Of a stretch of DNA of 64,000 nt, positions 29,725-40,920 are shown in pieces (the stretch's first letter is position 1; each line of letters begins with the position of its first letter). Both the position numbers and the translations under genes were made by a program. The notes under the pieces are model-generated. The model saw only the letters and a program-made list of their open reading frames with translations. It had not been told where the DNA came from and did no database searches. The DNA is from Gammaproteobacteria bacterium (GTDB taxonomy: Bacteria; Pseudomonadota; Gammaproteobacteria; Eutrophobiales; Eutrophobiaceae): assembly GCA_965222155.1 (NCBI GenBank), contig CBDCTH010000012.1:2624001-2688000 (forward strand). Reading direction: 5' to 3'.

Positions 29725-29981
29725 GGTTGCTGTTCTTTAATATAGTCGGTCAATGTTGTGCCGGATATCACCAACAACGATATAACACAACCGGTATGTC
29801 GGCTATGATAAAAGATATGTACAAAGGCAGCTATACCCTTTTTTCTATAGTAAACTATACCCCTTACCAACTCGCTGATTTAACTATACCGGACTGAAAT
29901 GAAACAGCCTTTATGGAGGCCCAGGCCGGTTCGGAAAGGCAGCTGATTTGATCTGTTGATGGCATGTAACACAATCAAACC

Positions 29982-31616
29982 ATGAGCACTGAACACTTCT
30001 ATGAAGCCGGTCTGGGTAAAAACCCGGCGAACTACGTACCGTTATCTCCGTTGACGTTTATCGAACGGACGGCATCCGTCTACCCTGATTACACGTCGGT
30101 CGTCCATGGTGAGTTGCGTTATACCTGGGCTGAGACATATACGCGCTGCCGGCGTCTGGCCTCCGCATTGCGCAACAGGGGTATCGGTAAAAACGATACG
30201 GTGTCGGTGATGTTGCCGAACATAGCGGCCATGTATGAGGCCCACTTCGGCGTGGGCATGGCGGGCGCCGTGCTGAACGCGCTCAATTACCGGCTGGATG
30301 CCGACGCTATCGCGTTCATGCTGAAACATGGCGAAGCCAAGGCGTTGATTACCGACCGTGAGTTCTCCGCCGTCATCAAGGACGCCATCGCAAAATCAGG
30401 CCTGGACCTTATAGTGATTGACGTTGATGACCCGGCTTATGAAGGAGGCGAACTGGTCGGTGAGACCGATTACGAATCTTTCCTGCTGGAAGGCGACCCT
30501 GATTTTGACTGGAACCTGCCCGCGGATGAATGGGACGCGATCGCGCTGTGCTATACCTCAGGGACTACGGGTGATCCGAAAGGGGTGGTGACCCACCACC
30601 GCGGCGCCTACCTGAACGCGGTTTCCAACCTGCTGGTATGGAATACTACTGCCCATCCTGTCTACCTGTGGACTCTGCCCATGTTTCACTGCAACGGCTG
30701 GTGCTTTCCCTGGGGGATCGCTGCGGTGGCAGGAACAAATGTGTGTCTGAGGGCGGTAAGAGCCGACGCAATTTTCTCATTGATCAGGAAAGAGAATATA
30801 GACCACCTTTGCGGCGCGCCGGTAGTATTGAACCTGCTGGCCAACGCCCCCGCTGAATTGAAACAGGGCATAGAGCGCCAGGTTAAGGTCATGACCGCGG
30901 CATCGGCCCCGCCCCCCGCGGTGTTGCAGGCCATGGAAGAAATGAACTTCCCCGTCACCCACGTATACGGCCTGACCGAGATATACGGGCCAGCGGTAGT
31001 CTGTGCCTGGCGTGAGGAATGGAATGACCTGCCCATAGAGAAACAGGCCGAAATCAAGTCAAGGCAAGGGGTGCGCTACCCCTTGCAGGAAGCCGTAATG
31101 GTGGCGGACCCGGAGACCTTGGAACCGGTCCCGAGGGATGGTGAGACGGTCGGTGAGATATTTCACCGCGGTAATATCGTGATGAAAGGCTACCTGAAAA
31201 ATCCGGGCGCAACGGAGAATGCCTTTGCTGGAGGCTGGTTCCACAGCGGCGACCTGGCCGTCTGGCATGAGGACGGTTACATGGAGATCAAGGATCGCTC
31301 AAAAGATATTATTATCTCGGGCGGTGAAAACATTTCCAGTATAGAGGTGGAAAATATGCTTTACCGTCATCCGGCTGTGCTGGAGGCTGCGGTCGTCGCC
31401 AGACCGGATGACAAATGGGGCGAGACCCCTTGTGCATTCGTGACCCTGAAAGAGGGAGAGACCCTGACCGAGGAAGACGTAGTCGATTTCTGTCGCTCCA
31501 ACATGGCCCGGTTCAAGGTGCCCAAAACCGTTGTCTTCGGGCCGCTGCCCAAGACCTCCACCGGCAAGATTCAGAAATTCATCCTGCGTGCAACAGCGCA
31601 GGAGAGGAAAGGTTAA
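29982..31616 (+). CDS. Acyl-CoA synthetase (AMP-forming)
   Basis: YTSGTTGDPKG, YGLTE, GWFHSGDL, TSTGKIQK. Confidence 0.93.
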   Translation: MSTEHFYEAGLGKNPANYVPLSPLTFIERTASVYPDYTSVVHGELRYTWAETYTRCRRLASALRNRGIGKNDTVSVMLPNIAAMYEAHFGVGMAGAVLNALNYRLDADAIAFMLKHGEAKALITDREFSAVIKDAIAKSGLDLIVIDVDDPAYEGGELVGETDYESFLLEGDPDFDWNLPADEWDAIALCYTSGTTGDPKGVVTHHRGAYLNAVSNLLVWNTTAHPVYLWTLPMFHCNGWCFPWGIAAVAGTNVCLRAVRADAIFSLIRKENIDHLCGAPVVLNLLANAPAELKQGIERQVKVMTAASAPPPAVLQAMEEMNFPVTHVYGLTEIYGPAVVCAWREEWNDLPIEKQAEIKSRQGVRYPLQEAVMVADPETLEPVPRDGETVGEIFHRGNIVMKGYLKNPGATENAFAGGWFHSGDLAVWHEDGYMEIKDRSKDIIISGGENISSIEVENMLYRHPAVLEAAVVARPDDKWGETPCAFVTLKEGETLTEEDVVDFCRSNMARFKVPKTVVFGPLPKTSTGKIQKFILRATAQERKG

Positions 31617-32098
31617 TGGCCAGGTTTGATATCACCAGCAATGAATTGAGGGAGATCCTGTCTACGAACAAGCGGGTTGCCCTGGTCGGCTTGTCGAATG
31701 ACCCGATGCGGCCCAGCTACTTTGCCGGCAAGTACCTGCAGCAACACGGGTTTGACATCATTCCCGTCAACCCGAACTACCAGGAAATTCTGGGAGAACC
31801 CTGTTACCCTGACCTGCTATCCATACCGGGGAAAGTGGACGTGGTTGACCTGTTTCAAAGACCGGACCGGGTCATGCCGTTTGTCCGGCAGGCCATCGAA
31901 ATCGGCGCCCGGGTCGTGTGGATGCAGCTCACCATCATCAATGAGGAGGCGGCGCAACTGGCAAGGAACGCCGGATTGAAAGTGGTCATGGACCGCTGCA
32001 TGAAGATTGAATATGCCCGCTTGTACGGCGGATTGAACTTTGCCGGGGTGAATACCAGGGTGATTTCAGCCAAACGTCCATTGTTTGTAAACCGGTAA
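31616..32098 (+). CDS. CoA-binding protein (YccU-like)
   Basis: VALVGLS..RPSY..IIPVNP..VWMQL..VVMDRCMKIE; TAATG coupling. Confidence 0.9.
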   Translation: MARFDITSNELREILSTNKRVALVGLSNDPMRPSYFAGKYLQQHGFDIIPVNPNYQEILGEPCYPDLLSIPGKVDVVDLFQRPDRVMPFVRQAIEIGARVVWMQLTIINEEAAQLARNAGLKVVMDRCMKIEYARLYGGLNFAGVNTRVISAKRPLFVNR

Positions 32099-32125
32099 TG
32101 GCGCCACAGAGTATACAAGGCCCGC

Positions 32126-32221
32126 GTCATTCCGGCGAATGCCGGGACCCAGTAGACAACATTCCATTATTTATGATAAGGAATGATTTTTTGACTGGAT
32201 GCCAGCTTCCGCTGGCATGAC
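32126..32221. repeat. Complete family A REP doublet / MITE (~96 bp)
   Basis: GTCATTCCGGCGAATGCCGGGACCCAGT...ACTGGATGCCAGCTTCCGCTGGCATGAC. Confidence 0.85.
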
Positions 32222-32335
32222 GGGTGCAGCAATGATAAGGGACAGGCATGCATAGCAGCATTCAAATATATTCAGATGAACTGGCTGATATACAACTCTT
32301 ACATTTTTTCTCAGGGTTCTCTGCGGCTGAAATAA

Positions 32336-33637
<1,302 letters not shown>

Positions 33638-33683
33638 GCATGCTTACTCCGGTTATTTCAGCCACAGGGGACACAGAGAATTA

Positions 33684-33788
33684 ACATGGATGCACAGGAT
33701 GTAAAGGATATAGCACAGACCTATAGAGTGGATCGATAGTTGAAGTGATAAAATCATCGATATCCTGATTATCCTGTACATCCATGTC
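33684..33788. repeat. Inverted-repeat element family C (ACATGGATGCACAGGAT...ATCCTGTACATCCATGT)
   Basis: Inverted pair with ~9-bp internal periodicity; related halves at 23525 and 62230. Confidence 0.75.
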
Positions 33789-36093
33789 AATGAAAAAAAC
33801 AAAAACCATACGCCAGAAAATTGGTGAGGTGCGGGATGCCGCGCTGGATTACCACCGAAAATCCCCACCGGGCAAGCTGGCGATACATTCGACCAAGCCG
33901 TTGGCCAACCAGCACGACCTGGCCCTGGCCTATTCGCCGGGGGTGGCCGCCGCCTGTGAAGAAATAGTCCGGGACCCGGCACAGGCGTCCATGCTGACAA
34001 CCCGTGGCAATCTTGTTGCCGTCATCAGCAACGGTACTGCCGTGCTGGGCCTCGGCCCCATCGGCCCGCTTGCGTCCAAACCGGTCATGGAAGGCAAGGC
34101 GGTGTTGTTCAAGAAATTCTCCGGTATAGACGTGTTCGACCTGGAACTCAATGAAACCGACCCGGATAAACTGGTGGATATCATCACCAGCCTCGAGCCC
34201 ACCTTCGGCGCCATCAACCTGGAGGACATAAAATCACCGGAATGCTTTATCGTCGAGCGTAAATTGCAGGAACGGCTGGGGATCCCGGTCATCCACGACG
34301 ATCAACACGGCACGGCCATCATCGTCGCCGCTGCAGTTACCAATGGCCTGCGACTGGTAGGCAAGGAAATGTCAGTGATCAAGCTGGTCACCTCGGGCGC
34401 CGGGGCCGCAGCCCTGGCTTGCCTGGACCTGCTGGTCGCCATGGGACTGAGAAAAGACAATGTCATCGTCACCGATATTGCCGGTGTAGTTTATAGCGGC
34501 CGTAAGGAAATGATGGACCCCTTCAAGGCCCGCTATGCCCGGACCACGAATGCAAGAACACTGACCGGGGCAATCAAGAATGCGGACGTTTTCCTGGGCC
34601 TGTCCGTGGGGAACGTATTGAAACCGAGCATGCTCAAACACATGGCGGATAATCCCATCATCATGGCCCTGGCAAACCCGATTCCGGAAATCCTGCCGGA
34701 GACGGCGAAGAGGGCCCGCCCCGACGCCATTATCGCAACCGGGCGCTCCGACCTTCCCAACCAGGTTAACAACGTCCTGTGTTTCCCGTACCTGTTTCGC
34801 GGCGCGCTCGACGTGGGCGCGACCAGCATCAACGAGGAAATGAAGATAGCCTGCGTCAAGGCCATTGCCGACCTGGCCATGGCCGAATCATCGGAGGTGG
34901 TCAGCCGCGCTTACGGCGGGCGCGACCTGATATTCGGTCCCGACTACATCATTCCCAAACCGTTCGACCCGCGCCTGATCGTTCGACTGGCGCCGGCCGT
35001 AGCCAGGGCTGCCATGGAAAGTGGTGTGGCAACCCGGCCCATCGCCGATTTCAAGAGTTACCGCCAGCGCCTGATCCAGTTTGTCTTTCAGACAGGCACT
35101 ATCATGAACCCGGTGTTCGATCAGGCTGCACGGGATCCGAAGCGAATCGCCTATGCCGAAGGGGAAGAACGCCGCATCCTCCAGGCTGCACAACAAGTGG
35201 TTGATGAAGGTCTGGCCAGACCGTTGCTGGTCGGGCGCACGGAAGTGATCAACCGCCGCATCGGGGAACTGGGTCTGGCCATGGTCAAGGACAGGGATTT
35301 CGAGGTGATCAACCCGGTCAAGGACCGGCGCTGCCTGGAATTGGCCGAGCTGTATCACGGCATCAAGGGCCGGTCCGGCATCTCACCGGATGAAGCGCGC
35401 CGCATAGTGCGAACCCAGTCTACTGTGCTGGCTGCCCTGCTGTTGATGCACGAGGATGTGGATGCCATGCTGTGCGGTACGATAGGACCTTTCATCAACC
35501 ACCTGACCCATGTACGCGATATCATAGGCAAACGCGAGGATGTTAAGGAATTCTCTTCCGTGGCGGTGCTGGTGCTTCCGGAAGGAACGTTTTTCCTCTG
35601 TGATTCCCATGTGCTGCCCGTACCCGGTGTCGACGACATTGTGGCCATGACCCTGCTCGCTGCAGAAGCCGTGCAGCGGTTCGGTATCAAGCCGCGCATT
35701 GCCCTGGTTTCCCATTCCAACTTCGGCAGCCGGAACAACAATTCATCCGAAAAGATGCGCGCGGCAGCAAAAATCCTGCAGCAGCGCGACCCGCAACTGG
35801 TTGTGGAAGGCGAGATGCATGCTGATGCCGCCATATCGGAAACCATTCGCGCCAACGCATTTCCCGACTCCAAACTGCGCGGTCGCGCCAACACGTTAAT
35901 CCTGCCCAATATAGACGCCGCCAATATCTCTTTTAATCTGTTGAAGATGCTGGGCGGCGGCGTCACCGTAGGACCCTTGCTGGTGGGGGCGGCCCGGCCC
36001 GCTCATATCCTGACGAATGCCTCAACCGTACACGGTATCGTCAATATGTCTGCCCTGGCTGTGGTTGAAGCACAGAGCAGAATTCGGGCATGA
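33784..36093 (+). CDS. maeB: NADP-dependent malic enzyme with PTA-like domain
   Basis: [35 protein letters not shown]-terminal PTA domain; start may be 33790 or later. Confidence 0.93.
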   Translation: MSMKKTKTIRQKIGEVRDAALDYHRKSPPGKLAIHSTKPLANQHDLALAYSPGVAAACEEIVRDPAQASMLTTRGNLVAVISNGTAVLGLGPIGPLASKPVMEGKAVLFKKFSGIDVFDLELNETDPDKLVDIITSLEPTFGAINLEDIKSPECFIVERKLQERLGIPVIHDDQHGTAIIVAAAVTNGLRLVGKEMSVIKLVTSGAGAAALACLDLLVAMGLRKDNVIVTDIAGVVYSGRKEMMDPFKARYARTTNARTLTGAIKNADVFLGLSVGNVLKPSMLKHMADNPIIMALANPIPEILPETAKRARPDAIIATGRSDLPNQVNNVLCFPYLFRGALDVGATSINEEMKIACVKAIADLAMAESSEVVSRAYGGRDLIFGPDYIIPKPFDPRLIVRLAPAVARAAMESGVATRPIADFKSYRQRLIQFVFQTGTIMNPVFDQAARDPKRIAYAEGEERRILQAAQQVVDEGLARPLLVGRTEVINRRIGELGLAMVKDRDFEVINPVKDRRCLELAELYHGIKGRSGISPDEARRIVRTQSTVLAALLLMHEDVDAMLCGTIGPFINHLTHVRDIIGKREDVKEFSSVAVLVLPEGTFFLCDSHVLPVPGVDDIVAMTLLAAEAVQRFGIKPRIALVSHSNFGSRNNNSSEKMRAAAKILQQRDPQLVVEGEMHADAAISETIRANAFPDSKLRGRANTLILPNIDAANISFNLLKMLGGGVTVGPLLVGAARPAHILTNASTVHGIVNMSALAVVEAQSRIRA

Positions 36094-36109
36094 CAAAAGA
36101 AGCCAGGGG

Positions 36110-36565
36110 CTATTGACGGGAAAATACGACTGTTTCCGGCTTTTTTCGAACCACTGCCGTCCCCGACAGCTTGTCATGCCAGCCCTGTTTCCGCCTGTCG
36201 AACGCTATCCATATAAAACCCAGCCCAAGGGGTAGAAGTGATACCAGGTAACCGACATACCTGGCGATATAGCGGGCAGTGGATGGGGATTCTCCCGTTC
36301 TTATATCAACTATCTTCGCAGATATGGCCATTTTGCCGGGGGTCGCGGCCTTGAAAATCCAGAACATGATGACGAATAGCGCGGGTAACAGCGTAGAGAC
36401 AAGAAAATCCGTCAGGAGACTTACCGATGCGATGTATGCACCCCCGAACATGATTGATGAAAAGGGTGTGGCGATAAGGCCAATCAAAAAACAATCTATG
36501 ATAAATGCCCACATCCGTATCCAGAAGCCGGCATATTCCAGATCATCTCGTTTGGTTGCTTCCAC
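36110..36565 (-). CDS. RDD family membrane protein
   Basis: YAGFWIR..IID, TPGK, QGWHDK. Confidence 0.88.
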   Translation of the reverse strand: MEATKRDDLEYAGFWIRMWAFIIDCFLIGLIATPFSSIMFGGAYIASVSLLTDFLVSTLLPALFVIMFWIFKAATPGKMAISAKIVDIRTGESPSTARYIARYVGYLVSLLPLGLGFIWIAFDRRKQGWHDKLSGTAVVRKKPETVVFSRQ

Positions 36566-36705
36566 GTATTTGTTCTACTGCGTTTGATGGGTCCCGATTG
36601 ACGGGCATTATAACTGAATCGTATATTTATTTTTCGGCCGAAGAGATCGAAGGCATCCTTGCCGGCGACAGGACCACCGCCCGGTTTTCCAGGGAACAAC
36701 TGTAA

Positions 36706-36893
36706 CCGGAATAGCGTGCCGGCGTCCGACAGCTATTCCGGCACAGGTGCTCCCGCTAAATCGAGGTCAACAAGACACAGGGGACAGATTTAAATCTGTC
36801 CCCCAGGAGTCACGGGGCCTGTTTCTCTGGGAGGGAGGGCGTCTCGCCCTCCACGAGGGCAGGATGCCCTCGATCCCGGAAGTTAGCGGGAGC
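36706..36893. repeat. Cluster of nested palindromes
   Basis: CCGGAATAGC/GCTATTCCGG; GCTCCCGCTAA/TTAGCGGGAGC enclosing perfect GGGGACAGATTTAAATCTGTCCCC and two GAGGGC..GCCCTC hairpins. Confidence 0.8.
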
Positions 36894-36973
36894 TGCTGAT
36901 TTCGGCAGGGTTTTATTTCATTAACAGGTGAATCAGTCTAAAATCCGGACTCGCATAACAATCGGGAGAGAAC

Positions 36974-37096
36974 GTCGGCACCCTGGATGATACGTCCTGG
37001 GTGAAACCCGCCGTGGAAATTTACTGTGACAGCACCCAGGCATGGACCCGAGTCAAAACAGAGATGGAATCACATCCGAAAATGATGCCGTCCTGA
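36974..37096 (+). pseudogene. C-terminal remnant of a GFA-family protein
   Basis: Hand translation VGTLDDTSWVKPAVEIYCDSTQAW...; no N-terminus. Confidence 0.6.
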
Positions 37097-37202
37097 CCTC
37101 CATGCTTGATCTTGCCAGCAAATTCAAACATGATGTCTTATGTCTTAGTCAAGAACTGTGTCAGAAAAGCCCTTCTCGCACAGTTGCTTACAAGTTAAAA
37201 CA

Positions 37203-37380
37203 TAACAGCTGACGACTAATGAAGTAGACACGAAAATGACTTTGTAGGATGGCGCCATACAATTCAATGCGAATGCATTTTACTATGACTACAAGGATAA
37301 GCAGGAAGGAGCTCTTGCGGTGACCTTCTCAGACAATATCGTTGGCCTGATGAACGTGCCGATGTCCGAAGTCTGCGACG
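37203..37380 (+). pseudogene. Internal remnant of a TonB-dependent receptor beta-barrel
   Basis: Hand translation *QLTTNEVDTKMTL*DGAIQFNANAFYYDYKDKQ...NVPMSEV. Confidence 0.6.
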
Positions 37381-37476
37381 CAGGCGAGATTGTTTACCAA
37401 CGAATTCCTTGAGTGACAAATTCGACATTATTATCGGTTTAGTGCAGAGTGGAAATGTCGCCCGGTAAGCGCCTCA

Positions 37477-39387
37477 TCATGTGATACCATTCTCGAAAGA
37501 TGCTGCGTCACGCCAAATAGCACAAAATTGCTCGTACAGTTGCTGTTCTCTCTGCCGGATTTCTGCAACATCCCAACTATCAGATTTATATATTTCCTTA
37601 TTTACCATTAATATTGAATTAGAGAACAATAATTCTCTTTTCTTGCTATATGGGGCATTAGACATACTTGCATTCAACTTATGAGTAACAATTGTCAAGT
37701 TACCAATATTTTGAAGAAGACGATCTCTTTCACGAGCTAATTTGAACGCACCCCAATATGACGGATCGACTAAATCCTCTTTTGATATTAAAAGCTGAAT
37801 AAAGCTATCTCGAACACGATTTGTTTTTCTATATTCATATTCTTTCGGAAACAATTCATCGTAAGTTAATGAACCATCACCAATTGGCAATTGCCAGCTT
37901 TCATGCCACTTTTCTGGCAAGATGTGTTCGAGCGTGAGTTGCTGATTGAAAGGCAGATCATCTTTTTCCGTCAACTCATTATCTCCACGGTTCAGCAACT
38001 CAATCCGGTACAAAATATACCGAATGACATTCCGATTTATACCTATTCCAGACCACTGTCCCTGTAATGCTGATTTGACTTCATCATTAGCTGGCCATTT
38101 GGATGTATCGGAACTTTGACTGGAAAGATTCTGGATGAACTTTCTAACGTCAAACCCACTTTTTCTATGTTTTCTTATTTCCTCTGAGAAAAACTTATTG
38201 TAATTCTTATGGCCTTGGCTTGTGCAAAGCATTCGGCGGAGCGTGTACGATTCTAAAGCTTGTAAAACTAATAGGATATCGGCTTTTGACACCCCAGAGT
38301 CGTTTACCAGATACAGAACAAACGGATGCAGGCTTGTAATATCAAATATTTTATAGAATCGCATCGGCAGCCCGACAGCCGATCCCATATCACAATCCGT
38401 TATGTCCTTGTACGTTTTTGAGTATCGACTAAGTTCCATAAGTTCATCCTTCGGACTCTGATTTTCAGTAGTCAACTCCTTTCGGTATGTGCGCTGGTAG
38501 GTCGTGAACAAGGGTGAAACACTATCCTCGCCGAGCTTCGCCATTAAGAAATGTTGAAAGAAAAGTTCAGATAATATCTCCCTTTTTCGACCCACCTTAA
38601 CCTTTGTTTCCCAGTAACCAGTTTCAAAATGGCTCCAGTAGTCCTTATACAATTTATCCCTGTCGTCTTCGGATATTCTCGTTCTTAGAAAAAGATTGTT
38701 TCTAAGCAGGTCAAATTGAAGTAAGCTTTTCCCCCTCCCATTCAGGGATTCAAAGATCATTTCCGGTTCATCATCTGAATCAATCAGAATCTGTACAAAC
38801 CCAAAGTCGTTTAATACTGCATAAAATAATGAAAGTATTTTCTCTTTATCGCCTTCCGCATAGTTCTGAATCATTCCTTGAAAATATCCATAGGCCTCTT
38901 GAATTCGTTCTCCTGAGTTACCTGCCGCTGACATCTCGACAATATTTATCAACGCCGGCTTGTCAAAATCAGTAGGAACGAGCTTGTAATGTTCTCCATT
39001 ATATCCTTCCGACAACATCCCCTTGTTCAATATATAAGCCCCCACCTCATCAGCGATATCCTTAAACATCAGTGACGTACAAATATCTCGAAGTGTGCAG
39101 AGAATTATTTGAAAGGTTGTTAAACGCTGCTGTCCGTCGATGATTTCATACTTTGGAACCTCATCAACATTGGTCGGCTTTTGTTGTATTACAATTGCGC
39201 CAGTGAAATGACTGAACTCGTCTCTTTGCGGCTGCGATAATCTTTTATTTGACTTTTCCTCAATGTCTTCCCATAAAGGTTGCCATTGGTCATCCAACTC
39301 CCAAACATAATGCCTTTGAAAAAGTGGGATTCTAAATTGAATCTTGTTTCCAAACAGGGTACTTATATTGACATTTGTTGGTTGCAT
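37477..39387 (-). CDS. GmrSD-like DUF262 + DUF1524 (HNH) type IV restriction protein
   Basis: IPLFQRHYVW, IIDGQQRLTT, IFESLNGRG, TLEHILP, NIGNLT..LN; AT-rich. Confidence 0.88.
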   Translation of the reverse strand: MQPTNVNISTLFGNKIQFRIPLFQRHYVWELDDQWQPLWEDIEEKSNKRLSQPQRDEFSHFTGAIVIQQKPTNVDEVPKYEIIDGQQRLTTFQIILCTLRDICTSLMFKDIADEVGAYILNKGMLSEGYNGEHYKLVPTDFDKPALINIVEMSAAGNSGERIQEAYGYFQGMIQNYAEGDKEKILSLFYAVLNDFGFVQILIDSDDEPEMIFESLNGRGKSLLQFDLLRNNLFLRTRISEDDRDKLYKDYWSHFETGYWETKVKVGRKREILSELFFQHFLMAKLGEDSVSPLFTTYQRTYRKELTTENQSPKDELMELSRYSKTYKDITDCDMGSAVGLPMRFYKIFDITSLHPFVLYLVNDSGVSKADILLVLQALESYTLRRMLCTSQGHKNYNKFFSEEIRKHRKSGFDVRKFIQNLSSQSSDTSKWPANDEVKSALQGQWSGIGINRNVIRYILYRIELLNRGDNELTEKDDLPFNQQLTLEHILPEKWHESWQLPIGDGSLTYDELFPKEYEYRKTNRVRDSFIQLLISKEDLVDPSYWGAFKLARERDRLLQNIGNLTIVTHKLNASMSNAPYSKKRELLFSNSILMVNKEIYKSDSWDVAEIRQREQQLYEQFCAIWRDAASFENGIT

Positions 39388-39536
39388 GAAATGTGTTTCC
39401 GTATTTTATTTGCATAATACTTTACTGAACGACTGATCGGCAAACGGGCAGACCGGTGAAGCCACATAGCAACCGAGGGATTTGCGCTCCCTGATCTCGG
39501 TGTACCATAAAATCCAGGTTGAATTTCTTGGCTGCT

Positions 39537-39926
39537 TCATTCAGCCGACAACGCATATCGGTTGGTCTGAACGATCAGATCAGCAGTGAGAGTGATCTCC
39601 AGGAGTTCGTTGACAAGCTCTTTGCCACCCAATTGATCCAGCGCATACTCAAACAGCCGCTTTTGTGCGTCCAGACTCGCGAACCCGTGTGCCATATTCA
39701 GGCAAATTAACCCAGCATGTATCTCTTCGCGCTCTATGAGCGACGTGAAATCCGTCGTATTATTCGTGACGAGTACGTAGCCGTCTACAACTGCGCGGCG
39801 AACGATAGCCCAGTCTCTCCTGGTTCTCAGCCCTATCCAGTTTACGTGCATTGATAGAGAAAAGCCCCGGTCCCGAGCGATGCTGACGAGATCGGGGCTC
39901 AGACATTCATCAATCAAAAACTTCAC
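39537..39926 (-). CDS. DUF5615 PIN-like toxin
   Basis: MKFLIDECLS..D..LVTNNTTDF. Confidence 0.85.
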   Translation of the reverse strand: MKFLIDECLSPDLVSIARDRGFSLSMHVNWIGLRTRRDWAIVRRAVVDGYVLVTNNTTDFTSLIEREEIHAGLICLNMAHGFASLDAQKRLFEYALDQLGGKELVNELLEITLTADLIVQTNRYALSAE

Positions 39927-40546
39927 AAGGTATGCGGGATCTCGTCGAAAGCGATCTCTTTCGATGAAACAGGTTTCTGCTTGCGCCAGACCGGCTCTCG
40001 ACGCGGGCAGCCGCGGCGTGGGTAGGCTTCGGCGTAGAGGAGGGCGGCCTCGATCTGTGGCTCGGTAAGCACCGGGTACGCTGCCAGGATAGCAGGTATG
40101 TCGCTGCCGTTGGTCACCATCTCGGCAATGGTATGAACGGGTATGCGGGTTCCCTTGAAACAGGGGATACCGGTGAGTACATCCTTGTCGACCGCGACCA
40201 TCTTTTTCGCCTTTTCCAGCGCCGTCAGGCGTTGCCGTACCTCGCTCTGCATAGTCCTCACATCAACCAAGACGGCGTCTTCGCGCACTGTCCTCGCTTC
40301 AGGGTCATTGAGAAGATGGCGGACGAGTCGCTGGCGACTTTCAGGGGTAAGGATGTCCGTGGTTTCATAGACGAACTTCAGCCCGACCAAGTCCCTCCTG
40401 AGAATAACCCGCGCGCCTTCACGCTTCTTTACGATATCGCCCAAAAGACCAGCGTCGATAATACAGTGCACCTGTTTCAAGGGGACGCGGGTGATACACG
40501 CCGCCTCATTTGCCGACAAAGCTTGCTCTGCGAGTTTGACTGTCAT
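39923..40546 (-). CDS. DUF433-domain antitoxin
   Basis: VLTGIPCFKGTRIPV..ILAAYPVLT..IEAALLY; start taken at MTVKL. Confidence 0.85.
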   Translation of the reverse strand: MTVKLAEQALSANEAACITRVPLKQVHCIIDAGLLGDIVKKREGARVILRRDLVGLKFVYETTDILTPESRQRLVRHLLNDPEARTVREDAVLVDVRTMQSEVRQRLTALEKAKKMVAVDKDVLTGIPCFKGTRIPVHTIAEMVTNGSDIPAILAAYPVLTEPQIEAALLYAEAYPRRGCPRREPVWRKQKPVSSKEIAFDEIPHTL

Positions 40547-40920
40547 AATTTTTCCTCCATTCTGGAAAGAATATAGATTATCAGGGCAGGAAATGCGAGA
40601 CCATGTATGAATCCGCCACACATTGCACTGTATTTATCCCTCTTTTATAGTGCAATAAATTTCCAATCTTATACACTTTCGTTGAAAATGAGATGAGAAC
40701 AATTGTATTTATCCGAAGGGGTTAAATCATGGGATGTCTCCGAATGGTCTCGATGGCCTCAAGGCCAAGGAACACTAACCCGGATATTGCATTAGAATCC
40801 TTGAATGGTTCTTTCACTTGCACACAGGTCAGATTTTTGCGGTATATCACCGTTGATAACCAGATGCTTATCGGCATGAGGCGAAGCTTCGCTAAACCGA
40901 TGAGAAATACGGGTTGAACC

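Noticed and set aside
29830-29892. CTATACC x3 as a regulator site between the CoA-transferase and synthetase genes
   Set aside because: Short and irregularly spaced; cannot be distinguished from chance
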